A DNA stretch of 64,000 bases from an uncultured Candidatus Saccharibacteria bacterium. GTDB taxonomy: Bacteria; Patescibacteriota; Minisyncoccia; UBA6257; 2-01-FULL-56-20. The notes under the pieces were generated by a model that saw only the letters and a program-made list of their open reading frames with translations, ran no database searches and had not been told where the DNA came from. Positions 9,263 through 17,260 of the stretch are shown piece after piece; position 1 is the first letter of the stretch; the number at the start of each line of letters is the position of its first letter. The stretch spans positions 615-64,614 of the forward strand of contig CAYIAX010000004.1 of the NCBI GenBank assembly GCA_964361595.1, given 5' to 3'. The position numbers were made by a program, and so were the translations under genes.

Positions 9263-10360
9263 TTACGAATTCGCTCGATTCGATTTGATTCGTATTTTCG
9301 TGCGATTATTGCCGTGCGATGACATCCGCAAAAATTTTTGCGCGAGCGCTATGGCCGCTTGCGGAGAAGAAATCCAATGGATTTCTTTGTCGCGCTTGAA
9401 CCAGGTCATCTGCCGCTTGGCGTATTGCCAGATCGCTTTCTCGAGAGCTTGAAGCATTTCAGCTTTTTTCATGAGACCGCGCAGATAATAATTGATAAAA
9501 CGATATTCCAATCCCAAGGCGTCGAGCCGCTTTGAGCTTAATCCTTGTTTTTTGAGTTTCTGAACTTCTGTAATCATTCCCGCTCTCACGCGCTTATAAA
9601 GGCGTTCGTGAATCCGGTTTTTAAGCTCGCGTTCCGGCAAACGCACGCCGATCTTTAAAACTTCATACGGAGATGATTTGCCCAAAGGCGGAACGGGTTT
9701 TTTTGTCGTCAGCACAATTTCGAGCGCTCTTACGAGCCGCCGCGGATTGAAGCGATCAATCGTTTTTGCGCGTTCGGGATCAAGCGCTAAAAGTTTTTTG
9801 TAAAGCGACTCCGTGGTTTCGCGCTCAAGTTTTTTTCGTAAAGCGAAATTCGGTTTCACGGCCGGTAGCGCATAGGCTCCAAGCAAGGCGTTAACATATA
9901 AACCAGTTCCTCCGACAATGATAGGAATTTTATTCTTGGCTAAAGTTTTCTTAATGGCGGTTTTTCCCAGCCGTTGGAATTGAGCGACTGAAAAGATGCG
10001 CTGCGGCGAGGCGACATCAATCAAGTGATGAGGGACACCGCGCATCTCACGCTTAGTAATTTTGCCTGTGCCGATATCGAGCCCGCGATAAACCTGGCGT
10101 GAATCGGCGGAAATAATTTCGGCGCTTTTTCCGTGCCGCTTTAACCATGTCGCTAATTTAATCCCTAGAGTGGATTTGCCGCTGGCGTTGGGGCCGACAA
10201 CAGCAATGATTTTAGGTTTTTTAGTTGTGGTGGACCCCGTTAGAAATAACTTGGGCCAAATCTTTGAGTAATTGTAATCATAGCCCCAGCTGGAATTAGT
10301 TGAAGAGGCAAATTTATAAGTGTAAGCGCGAATTTCTAACGGGGTGGACACCTTGTTCAT
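9263..10360 (-). CDS. miaA: tRNA dimethylallyltransferase
   Basis: P-loop IIAVVGPNASGKST, DSRQVYRGLDIGTGK, and the typical MiaA core. It has a ~48-aa N-terminal extension and a C-terminal tail encoded by AT-type CGAAT repeats. Confidence 0.85.
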   Translation of the reverse strand: MNKVSTPLEIRAYTYKFASSTNSSWGYDYNYSKIWPKLFLTGSTTTKKPKIIAVVGPNASGKSTLGIKLATWLKRHGKSAEIISADSRQVYRGLDIGTGKITKREMRGVPHHLIDVASPQRIFSVAQFQRLGKTAIKKTLAKNKIPIIVGGTGLYVNALLGAYALPAVKPNFALRKKLERETTESLYKKLLALDPERAKTIDRFNPRRLVRALEIVLTTKKPVPPLGKSSPYEVLKIGVRLPERELKNRIHERLYKRVRAGMITEVQKLKKQGLSSKRLDALGLEYRFINYYLRGLMKKAEMLQALEKAIWQYAKRQMTWFKRDKEIHWISSPQAAIALAQKFLRMSSHGNNRTKIRIKSNRANS

Positions 10361-10635
10361 AAGAAAAGCCTTATTTTACCTTGATTTTTAAGCAATTTTA
10401 TGCTATATTCTACATAACAATCAAGAGGCGCATCGTAAAGCGAAGCGCTCCGGGGTTCTGTTCGAGAGGGGGGTGCGATGGAAGATAGTTTCGTGAGCTC
10501 GGATTTTTTAAAGGGCCTTTTAGCTTTTCTCGTAATCGCGGGATTGTACCTATATAAGTGGTTGTTTCCCCAACCGCCACAATACGACAGGAGATTCCGG
10601 CATCGCCATCGTTCGCCGGATGAATAATAATTCCG

Positions 10636-10670
10636 CACCCATATAGTTAGGCCGCCTTTATGGGGCCTTT
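10636..10670 (+). terminator. rho-independent terminator-like hairpin plus T-run (aggccgcctttatggggcctttttt)
   Basis: GC stem followed by TTTTTT, seen directly. It sits downstream of a 49-codon predicted membrane-peptide ORF (10478..10627). Confidence 0.4.
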
Positions 10671-10926
10671 TTTCGTTGCTGGGACGCTCTTTTGCTTTCA
10701 AAAGGTTATTGTATATTTAAATAAGTTCACCTGTGGGACGGATCGATCCGGGCTCGCCGCCGTATAGGGGGAAAAGATGGTCCTGCCCGTTGTGATAATT
10801 CTCGTCGCTCTCGTGGCAATCTTAGCATTCGTGTCGGTTGTGCCTCGAGAGTTCATCGAATCGTTTTTCTTCCGGAAATTGCAATAACGCTCCTGGCTTT
10901 GCCTGGAGCTTTTTTTGTGGCAGCTT

Positions 10927-12087
10927 TTACAGCTTTTCTGCGTTTTCCTTTTTAATTTTCGCAATTAAATTTTCAAGTTTAAATTCGCCCTCGGCATCCC
11001 GATAAGTTTTGCGTTCTTTATAAAGCCCCGGATGCCGTACGCTTGCGCTCCGGTTTTTTTCCTCTTTTTCACCGACGATAAGCAGGTAGGGGATTTTTTT
11101 AAGTTCTGCTTCGCGGATGCGGCGGCCTAGGGTTTCCGTGGCGGGAGAAATTTCCGCGCGGATGTCCGACGCCCGCAGTTCAGCCGCAAGCGATTCCGCA
11201 TAAGCCGCGGATTTTTCTCCGACCGGAAGAATTACGGCCTGCACAGGGGCGAGCCAAACCGGAAATGCGCCGGCAAAGTGCTCGATGATGATAGATAAAA
11301 ATCTTTCGATCGAGCCCATGATGGCGGCATGAATCATGACGATCCGCTCCGGCTTGCCGGATTCGTTTATGCAGGTCAAATCAAAGCGGTCCGGCATGTT
11401 TAAGTCGAGCTGAATCGTCGCCACTTGCCATTCGCGCCCTAAAGAATCGGTGGCCAAAAAATCTAGCTTCGGGCCGTAAAAAGCTGCTTCACCAATCGCT
11501 TCGAGGTGTTCCATTTGCTTGCGCTTCACGATTTCGCGCAAAATATTTTCTGCTTGAGTCCAGCGGGCCTTGTCGCCCAAAAATTTTTTCGGCTGTTTGG
11601 GATCGTGGAGTGAAAGTCGCAGTTTCAACTCTAAACCGACTGCACCGTAAAATTTCTGCACGATCTCCCAAATCTTCAATAATTCTTCTTTGGCCTGGAT
11701 GAGACGGCAAAAAACGTGTGCATCATCCTGGGTAAAACTCCGCACGCGCGAGAGGCCGGATAGCTCGCCGGTCTGTTCATCGCGGTAGCACATCGTGGTA
11801 TTCGCGTAACGCTGCGGAAGTTCTCGATAGCTCCACTGGCGCCGCGCATATATTTGCGTGTGATGCGGACAGTTCATCGGTTTCATCGCGAAGAGATGTC
11901 CTTCCCTGGTTGTGATTTTGAAAAGCTCGTCTTTGAATTTTTCCCAGTGGCCGCTTCGTTCGTAGAGTTCCTTTTTCGTAATGTGAGGAATTTCTACGCG
12001 TTCGTAACCTTTTTCGCGGCGTAGCTGCCAGACAAAGTCATCCAAAATGTTCCGCAAGAGCGTTCCTTTGGGGGGCCAAAGCTGCAA
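10927..12087 (-). CDS. thrS: threonyl-tRNA synthetase, catalytic core plus anticodon-binding part (TTG start in the ORF track; in frame with the upstream piece)
   Basis: Class II motifs: LWPPKGT (cf. FWHPKGW), FAMKPMNCPHH, TQDDAHVFC, and GSIERF in motif 3. Confidence 0.85.
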   Translation of the reverse strand: MQLWPPKGTLLRNILDDFVWQLRREKGYERVEIPHITKKELYERSGHWEKFKDELFKITTREGHLFAMKPMNCPHHTQIYARRQWSYRELPQRYANTTMCYRDEQTGELSGLSRVRSFTQDDAHVFCRLIQAKEELLKIWEIVQKFYGAVGLELKLRLSLHDPKQPKKFLGDKARWTQAENILREIVKRKQMEHLEAIGEAAFYGPKLDFLATDSLGREWQVATIQLDLNMPDRFDLTCINESGKPERIVMIHAAIMGSIERFLSIIIEHFAGAFPVWLAPVQAVILPVGEKSAAYAESLAAELRASDIRAEISPATETLGRRIREAELKKIPYLLIVGEKEEKNRSASVRHPGLYKERKTYRDAEGEFKLENLIAKIKKENAEKL

Positions 12088-12105
12088 ACGACTGGCGACG
12101 AGAGC

Positions 12106-12816
12106 CTAGAAAACGTAGAGGTCAAGTTCCGGCCCCAATTTTTTATGGTAGCGCTTTTCTGCTTCGGCGCGGCGCGCAAGATATTTATCCAATTCTTTTT
12201 TGTTTTGGAAAGCCAGTCCGTAGATCCGCTGGAGCTGGGGATTTTTTTCGCTGCCTTTCCAATACGCGCCGGCGATTTTGTCGAGCTTGAATCCATCCGC
12301 CGGAATTTCCTCTGTATTTTTCACGTGGCCGCCGCGGCACAAATCAATAAACGCAGATTTACGCTGATCAAACGCGGATGAACGCGGATTTAAGTTGCCT
12401 GTTACGTAAACTGTCAGGGTTTTCTTGTCCTTCGAAAAATCCTTTATAAGTTCGAGTTTGAAGGGCTGGTTCTTAAAAAGTTTTTTGGCTTCGGCGGGCG
12501 TAACTTTTTTCCCTGAAAACGGCAAATGCTCTTTGATCAGCCGGCGCATTTCCGCTTCGATTTCGGATAGATCTTCCGGGCGAATCTGCGTAGATCCGCG
12601 CTTTGATCCGCGTTTATCCGCATCTAATTGGAAGTCATAATAAAACCCGTTCTCGATCACGGGGCCGATGCCCAGTTGAGCCTTGGGAAATTTGCGCAAA
12701 ACAGCGTCGGCCAAAAGGTGGGCAAGCGAGTGGCGGACTTTGTCTAGCCGTAGGCTCGCTTCGTCCTGCCGAAGGCGGATTTTGTCGAGCGAGGCGTAGT
12801 TATGCTTTTGCGGCAT
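12106..12816 (-). CDS. thrS: threonyl-tRNA synthetase N-terminal (tRNA_SAD/editing) part, separated from the core by a single in-frame TAG
   Basis: HSLAHLLADAV (HxxxH) and YHKKLGPELDLYVF, then TAG, then ALVASRLQLWPPKG in the same frame. Two GC-type element halves are inserted in-frame. Confidence 0.75.
   Translation of the reverse strand: MPQKHNYASLDKIRLRQDEASLRLDKVRHSLAHLLADAVLRKFPKAQLGIGPVIENGFYYDFQLDADKRGSKRGSTQIRPEDLSEIEAEMRRLIKEHLPFSGKKVTPAEAKKLFKNQPFKLELIKDFSKDKKTLTVYVTGNLNPRSSAFDQRKSAFIDLCRGGHVKNTEEIPADGFKLDKIAGAYWKGSEKNPQLQRIYGLAFQNKKELDKYLARRAEAEKRYHKKLGPELDLYVF
12349..12625. repeat. GC-type element with its two inverted halves (12349-12392 and 12583-12625) separated by ~190 bp of thrS coding sequence
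   Basis: Left half aaacgcagatttacgctgatcaaacgcggatgaacgcggattt; right half agatctgcgtagatccgcgctttgatccgcgtttatccgcatct. Confidence 0.6.
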
Positions 12817-12890
12817 TTTTTTATTATAGGCGTTTTAACTCTGTTTTTAAAGGCCTTAACGACTGCTCTCAACTGCGGTATTATGGCTTT

Positions 12891-14207
12891 ATGCTTGACA
12901 TCAAATTCATCCGGGAGAACGAAAAAGAGCTGAAAAAAGCCATCAAAAATAAGAACTTGTCTCTTGATCTCGACGCGCTTATTTCTTTGGATAAAGAGAG
13001 GGTAGAACATATCCAAAAAATCGAAGAACTGAAGGCTCTAAAAAATAATCTGAACAACAGGGTATCCGCCGCCAAGGACGACGAGGAAAGAAAAAAAGCG
13101 ATAGAGGAAGGAAAAACGATAAAAGAAAGATTGTCCGAGCTTGAGCCGGAACTCAATGCAATCAATGAAAAATTCGAGGAAATGATGGTCCAGGTGCCGA
13201 CGATACCTTCAGCTGACACGCCAATCGGGAAAAGCGAAGAAGACAATGTTGAGATCGCGCGCTGGGGCGAACCGGAATTCAAGGGTGGTTTCAAGCCGAA
13301 GGATCATATCGAGATCGGCAAAGCGCTCGACATCATAGATTTCGAGCGGGGAGCGAAAGTCGCGGGCTTCCGCGGTTATTACCTCAAGGGCGACGGCGCG
13401 GCCATCGTCCTGGCGCTCATGATGTATGCGGCGGAAAAAATGATAAAAAAGGGATATCCGCTCACGATCCCGCCGACGCTCGTTAAGGAATTCGCTCTTT
13501 TCGGCAGCGGATATTTCAAAGGCAGGGAATACGATCCGGAAACCGACGAAATTTATCTGGTCGGTTCGGGAGATAGGGAAGCGACGGGAGAAAAAAGCAG
13601 AGACAAAAAATTCCTGGTCGGCACGGCGGAACCGTCTCTTTTGGCTTACTATTCTGACGAAGTGATTGACGAAGAGAAACTCCCGATAAAAGCATCGGGT
13701 TTCAGCCAGTGCTACAGGAGCGAGATAGGCAGTTACGGCAAGGACGTCAAGGGCCTCTATCGGGTGCACGAATTTATGAAAGTGGAACAGGTTGTTATCT
13801 GCAGGGACGACAAAAAAGAAGCGGAGATGTTACAGGAAGAGATGATCGCGATCTCAAAAGAGATGCACGAGGAGCTCGGCTTGCCTTACCGGCAGGTAAT
13901 AATCTGCACGGGAGAATTGGGTCCCGGAAAATACAGGCAGTACGATCTCGAGGTTTGGCTGCCCGGAATGAACCGCTGGGCGGAAACCGGTTCGGCGAGC
14001 ATTTTTCTTGATTGGCAGTCGAGAAGGCTGAATGTTAAATACGCGGATAAGTCCGGCAAGAAAAAATTCGTCTACATGTTAAACAATACCGCCCTCCCGA
14101 GTCCCCGGCCCCTGATCGCCATCCTCGAGAATTATCAGACCGAGGACGGCAAGGTGAGAGTCCCCGAAGTTCTCAAAAAATACCTGGGTAAAGATATAAT
14201 CGGATAA
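12891..14207 (+). CDS. serS: seryl-tRNA synthetase
   Basis: N-terminal coiled coil, class II motifs (FRGYYLKGDGA, GFSQCYRSEIGS, GSASIF...LNNTALPSPR). Start chosen at ATG 12891 rather than the ORF-track 12603, which overlaps thrS. Confidence 0.9.
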   Translation: MLDIKFIRENEKELKKAIKNKNLSLDLDALISLDKERVEHIQKIEELKALKNNLNNRVSAAKDDEERKKAIEEGKTIKERLSELEPELNAINEKFEEMMVQVPTIPSADTPIGKSEEDNVEIARWGEPEFKGGFKPKDHIEIGKALDIIDFERGAKVAGFRGYYLKGDGAAIVLALMMYAAEKMIKKGYPLTIPPTLVKEFALFGSGYFKGREYDPETDEIYLVGSGDREATGEKSRDKKFLVGTAEPSLLAYYSDEVIDEEKLPIKASGFSQCYRSEIGSYGKDVKGLYRVHEFMKVEQVVICRDDKKEAEMLQEEMIAISKEMHEELGLPYRQVIICTGELGPGKYRQYDLEVWLPGMNRWAETGSASIFLDWQSRRLNVKYADKSGKKKFVYMLNNTALPSPRPLIAILENYQTEDGKVRVPEVLKKYLGKDIIG

Positions 14208-14219
14208 AATCTCTTTAAA

Positions 14220-15029
14220 ATGGGATCCGTTGACGTTTATATTCCCGAAGCACGCGCCTTGCGCGACCGCAAAACGCGGTATGTTTGGCTGGGCATCTTA
14301 TTTTTAGCTCTCTATTTTATTAGCCTCATTGCCGCTTGGGTTGTCTTCCGTTCGCCGCTTTTCAAATTCAAAGAGTTGAGGATCGAGGGCAATGAAACGG
14401 TTCAAAAAGAAGACATCCTCATGCTTTACCAAAGCAACATGTTCAGGGATTCCTTTTTCCGTTATCTTTTGGGCTATCGCAACTTTTTGGTTTGGCCGGA
14501 GGAGCTTACACCGGAAGAGTTGCGGCAGTTTCCGGTAATCAAACGGGCGGCAACGGAAAAAGATTACGGACGCGGTTTGCTTTTGATCAAAGTGGAGGAA
14601 CGGAAGGCGGCAGGAATTTGGTGCGGCATGCAAACGGAACTACCCCGCTGTTTTTGGTTCGACGACGAAGGCGTGCTCTTTGATAAAGCTCCGCTTGTCG
14701 AGGGCAACTTGATTCGCGCCGTGCGGGATTATGCAAGCGCTGAAATTTATTTGGGCGCCCGCGTGCTGGGCAAGGAGCAAATCACAAACCTACTCTCGGT
14801 CTTCCAGGTTTTTGCGCGAACGGGTTTGAGCGTCAAGGAAATTAGTTTGTCCGATTTGGGCCTGCAGGAGCTTACGATTACAACTTACGAAGGCCCGGAG
14901 CTTTATTTCAGCCTGCGTTTCAAAGCGGACGATGCGGCGCAAGTCCTGGATTTCTTGGACCAGAAGCCAAATTTCCGGAAATTCGAGTACGTTGATTTTC
15001 GAGTGAAGGATAGAGTGTACTATAAATAA
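14220..15029 (+). CDS. FtsQ/DivIB-like cell-division protein (N-terminal TM plus POTRA-like domain)
   Basis: TM helix WLGILFLALYFISLIAAWVVF followed by FKELRIEGNETVQKEDILML. Pattern-level call only. Confidence 0.45.
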   Translation: MGSVDVYIPEARALRDRKTRYVWLGILFLALYFISLIAAWVVFRSPLFKFKELRIEGNETVQKEDILMLYQSNMFRDSFFRYLLGYRNFLVWPEELTPEELRQFPVIKRAATEKDYGRGLLLIKVEERKAAGIWCGMQTELPRCFWFDDEGVLFDKAPLVEGNLIRAVRDYASAEIYLGARVLGKEQITNLLSVFQVFARTGLSVKEISLSDLGLQELTITTYEGPELYFSLRFKADDAAQVLDFLDQKPNFRKFEYVDFRVKDRVYYK

Positions 15030-15065
15030 TGCAAAAATTAAAAATCAAAATGAAAAATGACGAAG

Positions 15066-15107
15066 TTTTCATACTTTCTAATTCGCGCGAATTAGAAAGT
15101 ATGAAAA
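15066..15107. terminator. perfect 21-bp inverted repeat (ttttcatactttctaattcgcg|cgcgaattagaaagtatgaaaa) between convergent genes; bidirectional terminator candidate
   Basis: Seen directly; flanked by A/T runs on both sides. Confidence 0.55.
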
Positions 15108-15173
15108 ATTGTAAACATTCTATCTTCCAAAATCCAGAAAACTAACTTTTTCGAGAAAAGCCGGAGCAAGATA

Positions 15174-17198
15174 TCACAGTTTGTAAATAAAGATTGATGT
15201 GCCCGCCCTATAATCCGGTTCGGGGACATTCCCTATTCCTGGTTTTGGCGGGCGAAGCTCGGTAAGCCAGCGGTACTCCTCTTCCGGTTTGCGAACTTGG
15301 CCGGGCACGGTCGGCTGGATTGCGCCTTCAAGCGTATTGACCGAAACCGCTAACCAATGAATCGCGGATTTACGCTGACCATACGCGGACTCGCGCGGAA
15401 AATTTTCTGCGTTGGTCTGCGTTTGGTCTGCGTCGTTCTGCGCCAAAGAGGGGTTGCCGCGACCCGACCACCAATATTCCGCTTTGTCCTCGCCAAGATA
15501 ATATTTAGGATTGGCGCCGCCGAAATAATCAACGGCAATTTTATCGATTTCCGGGTTGGCTTCCACGAATTTCTTGAGCCGCAGCATGTCCTGTCCCCAG
15601 TCGTAGTTCGAATCAGTCACGAAGCGGTAACCGTTCTCTTTGCCGCCGCCAATTTCATTGAAGTAAGAGATGAAGTGAGGCGCATTTACGAGCGTTTCCA
15701 GAATGAACCAAATGACGAGCACGACGACGGCGATATATTTTAACGCGGCCGAGAAGAATAATTTTGCCCAAGCTTTGAGGTTTTGCCAAAAAGAATTTAA
15801 ACGAGGCACTTCAAGTCCGACCACCCATTGTTTCAGGGCGCTTGCCGTGAGGATATAAATGAAGGGAAGCGTCGGGAAAAGATGCCGAAAACCGATATTC
15901 AAAGGGCTCTGCATGCTCCAGCCCCAGTAAAGGATGATGAAAACCAGCATCGCAAATTCCGGAAAACGATTTTCGATGTATTCAAGCACGAAGCGCATTG
16001 CTTGCCGCGGCAGGCGGAATAATTTTCCGAGCATGTTCCGCAAGGCTGTGAGGATGGCGATGAAGATCATGAGGAGCACAGGCAGGGGTTCCTTTAAGGC
16101 ATAAACCACGGGGAAATAAGAAGTCCAGCCGGCGGCGGAAACTTCGCCTAAAAAGTAATTCGTATTTCCTCCCGAAGAGCGCTGGAGCACCATGAGGACG
16201 CCCAGCATGTATTCCGCGAAGGGCCGCGTTACGGGATTTTTTGTGAGCCAAATGTTCAAGTCGGCCAAGCAGCGCAGGGGTTTACAGCTTGCCTCGGGCG
16301 GCGTCGGTCCGTCTGCGAAGGAAGCCAGGATGAACTCCGTATCCGCGGTTTGCTTGGCTTGCGGATAATTGACCGTGAAAAGCGCGTAGACCGGATAAAC
16401 GATTAAAAGGTAGCCGATGCCGAAAATAACGATGAGCGCGCGAACATAACGGAAAGCGCGGATGCCGAAGCGCTTGAAACGCAGTGCCGGATCGGTATTC
16501 CGCCAATCGCGCAGCAAACCCACGCCGTAAAAAGCGATCAGCAAGAAAATGAAATATGGCATCAAAAGCACCGCAGAAAATTTTGCGAGCTGGGCGACGC
16601 CGAAAATAATCCCCGCAATGATTAAATGCTTGCGGGAAGGATGAAGCAAGAAAGTTATGAGCGCATAAGTCGCGGCGAAGACGCCGAAAGCAGCAGCGAC
16701 ATCGGTGGTAACGTAATGGCCGTGCGCAAGGATATTAGGCGAGAGGGCAAAAATCCCCGCTGGCAAGAGCGCCCAGAATTTGCCAACGAGCTCCCGCGCC
16801 CAAAAATAAATGAGCCAGACAAGGATGAGCGTCAAGAGCATGGGCCCGATGCGCGCAACCTGGATAATTTTGTCCGCATCATTGCCCGCGCCGTAAAGAA
16901 AATTCCAGCCCATCGCCCATTGGCCGTTTACCTCTTGCCAAGGCGGAATGTCGGTCGGGAGAGTTGGATTGAATGTTAAGAGCGGCAAACCAGCCAAAGC
17001 TTTAAGGAGCGGCGGATGCTCCGGGTTCAAACGAAAGTCCAGATTGTGAACGTAAGCGTAGCCAGCCGGAATATGAGCCAGCTCGTCCATGATCGCCGAT
17101 TCCTCGAGCGACGAATAGGTCATGAGCCCCGCAGCCGCTATCGTGATAAGTACGAGGATCCAGATCGGCCAGACGCGCGGATTCAAAGATGACTCCAT
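15174..17198 (-). CDS. polytopic membrane glycosyltransferase, GT39/PMT/ArnT-like family
   Basis: More than 10 predicted TM helices. First loop has MDELAHIPAGYAY...NPEHPPLLK, resembling the DE-motif loop of PMT/ArnT-type transferases. Contains a GC-type element in-frame (15361-15447). Confidence 0.55.
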   Translation of the reverse strand: MESSLNPRVWPIWILVLITIAAAGLMTYSSLEESAIMDELAHIPAGYAYVHNLDFRLNPEHPPLLKALAGLPLLTFNPTLPTDIPPWQEVNGQWAMGWNFLYGAGNDADKIIQVARIGPMLLTLILVWLIYFWARELVGKFWALLPAGIFALSPNILAHGHYVTTDVAAAFGVFAATYALITFLLHPSRKHLIIAGIIFGVAQLAKFSAVLLMPYFIFLLIAFYGVGLLRDWRNTDPALRFKRFGIRAFRYVRALIVIFGIGYLLIVYPVYALFTVNYPQAKQTADTEFILASFADGPTPPEASCKPLRCLADLNIWLTKNPVTRPFAEYMLGVLMVLQRSSGGNTNYFLGEVSAAGWTSYFPVVYALKEPLPVLLMIFIAILTALRNMLGKLFRLPRQAMRFVLEYIENRFPEFAMLVFIILYWGWSMQSPLNIGFRHLFPTLPFIYILTASALKQWVVGLEVPRLNSFWQNLKAWAKLFFSAALKYIAVVVLVIWFILETLVNAPHFISYFNEIGGGKENGYRFVTDSNYDWGQDMLRLKKFVEANPEIDKIAVDYFGGANPKYYLGEDKAEYWWSGRGNPSLAQNDADQTQTNAENFPRESAYGQRKSAIHWLAVSVNTLEGAIQPTVPGQVRKPEEEYRWLTELRPPKPGIGNVPEPDYRAGTSIFIYKL
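15361..15447. repeat. GC-type palindromic element inside the GT39-like gene
   Basis: atcgcggatttacgctgaccatacgcggactcgcgcggaaaattttctgcgttggtctgcgtttggtctgcgtcgttctgcgcc. Confidence 0.7.
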
Positions 17199-17260
17199 TG
17201 TGTTTATTATACATTTTTCGTTGCTTTTTCCCCAGGAGCGGATAGAATTTGTGAGTAAAG

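Noticed and set aside
10357-10964. ORFs 10357..10701 and 10698..10964 (minus strand)
   Set aside because: The translations are low-complexity and motif-free. The region is better explained by two small plus-strand membrane-peptide ORFs plus a terminator.
12088-12108. Genome-wide reassignment of TAG (amber) to a sense codon
   Set aside because: TAG is used as the terminal stop of lepA, rpoA, the methyltransferase and the 31036..32700 gene, so recoding is unlikely. The thrS TAG is better explained as an error, pseudogenisation or a split gene.
12603-12890. Long N-terminal extension of serS (ORF-track start at 12603)
   Set aside because: It overlaps the thrS N-terminal region on the other strand and its translation is Arg/Gly-rich junk. 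The conserved SerS N-terminus starts at ATG 12891.
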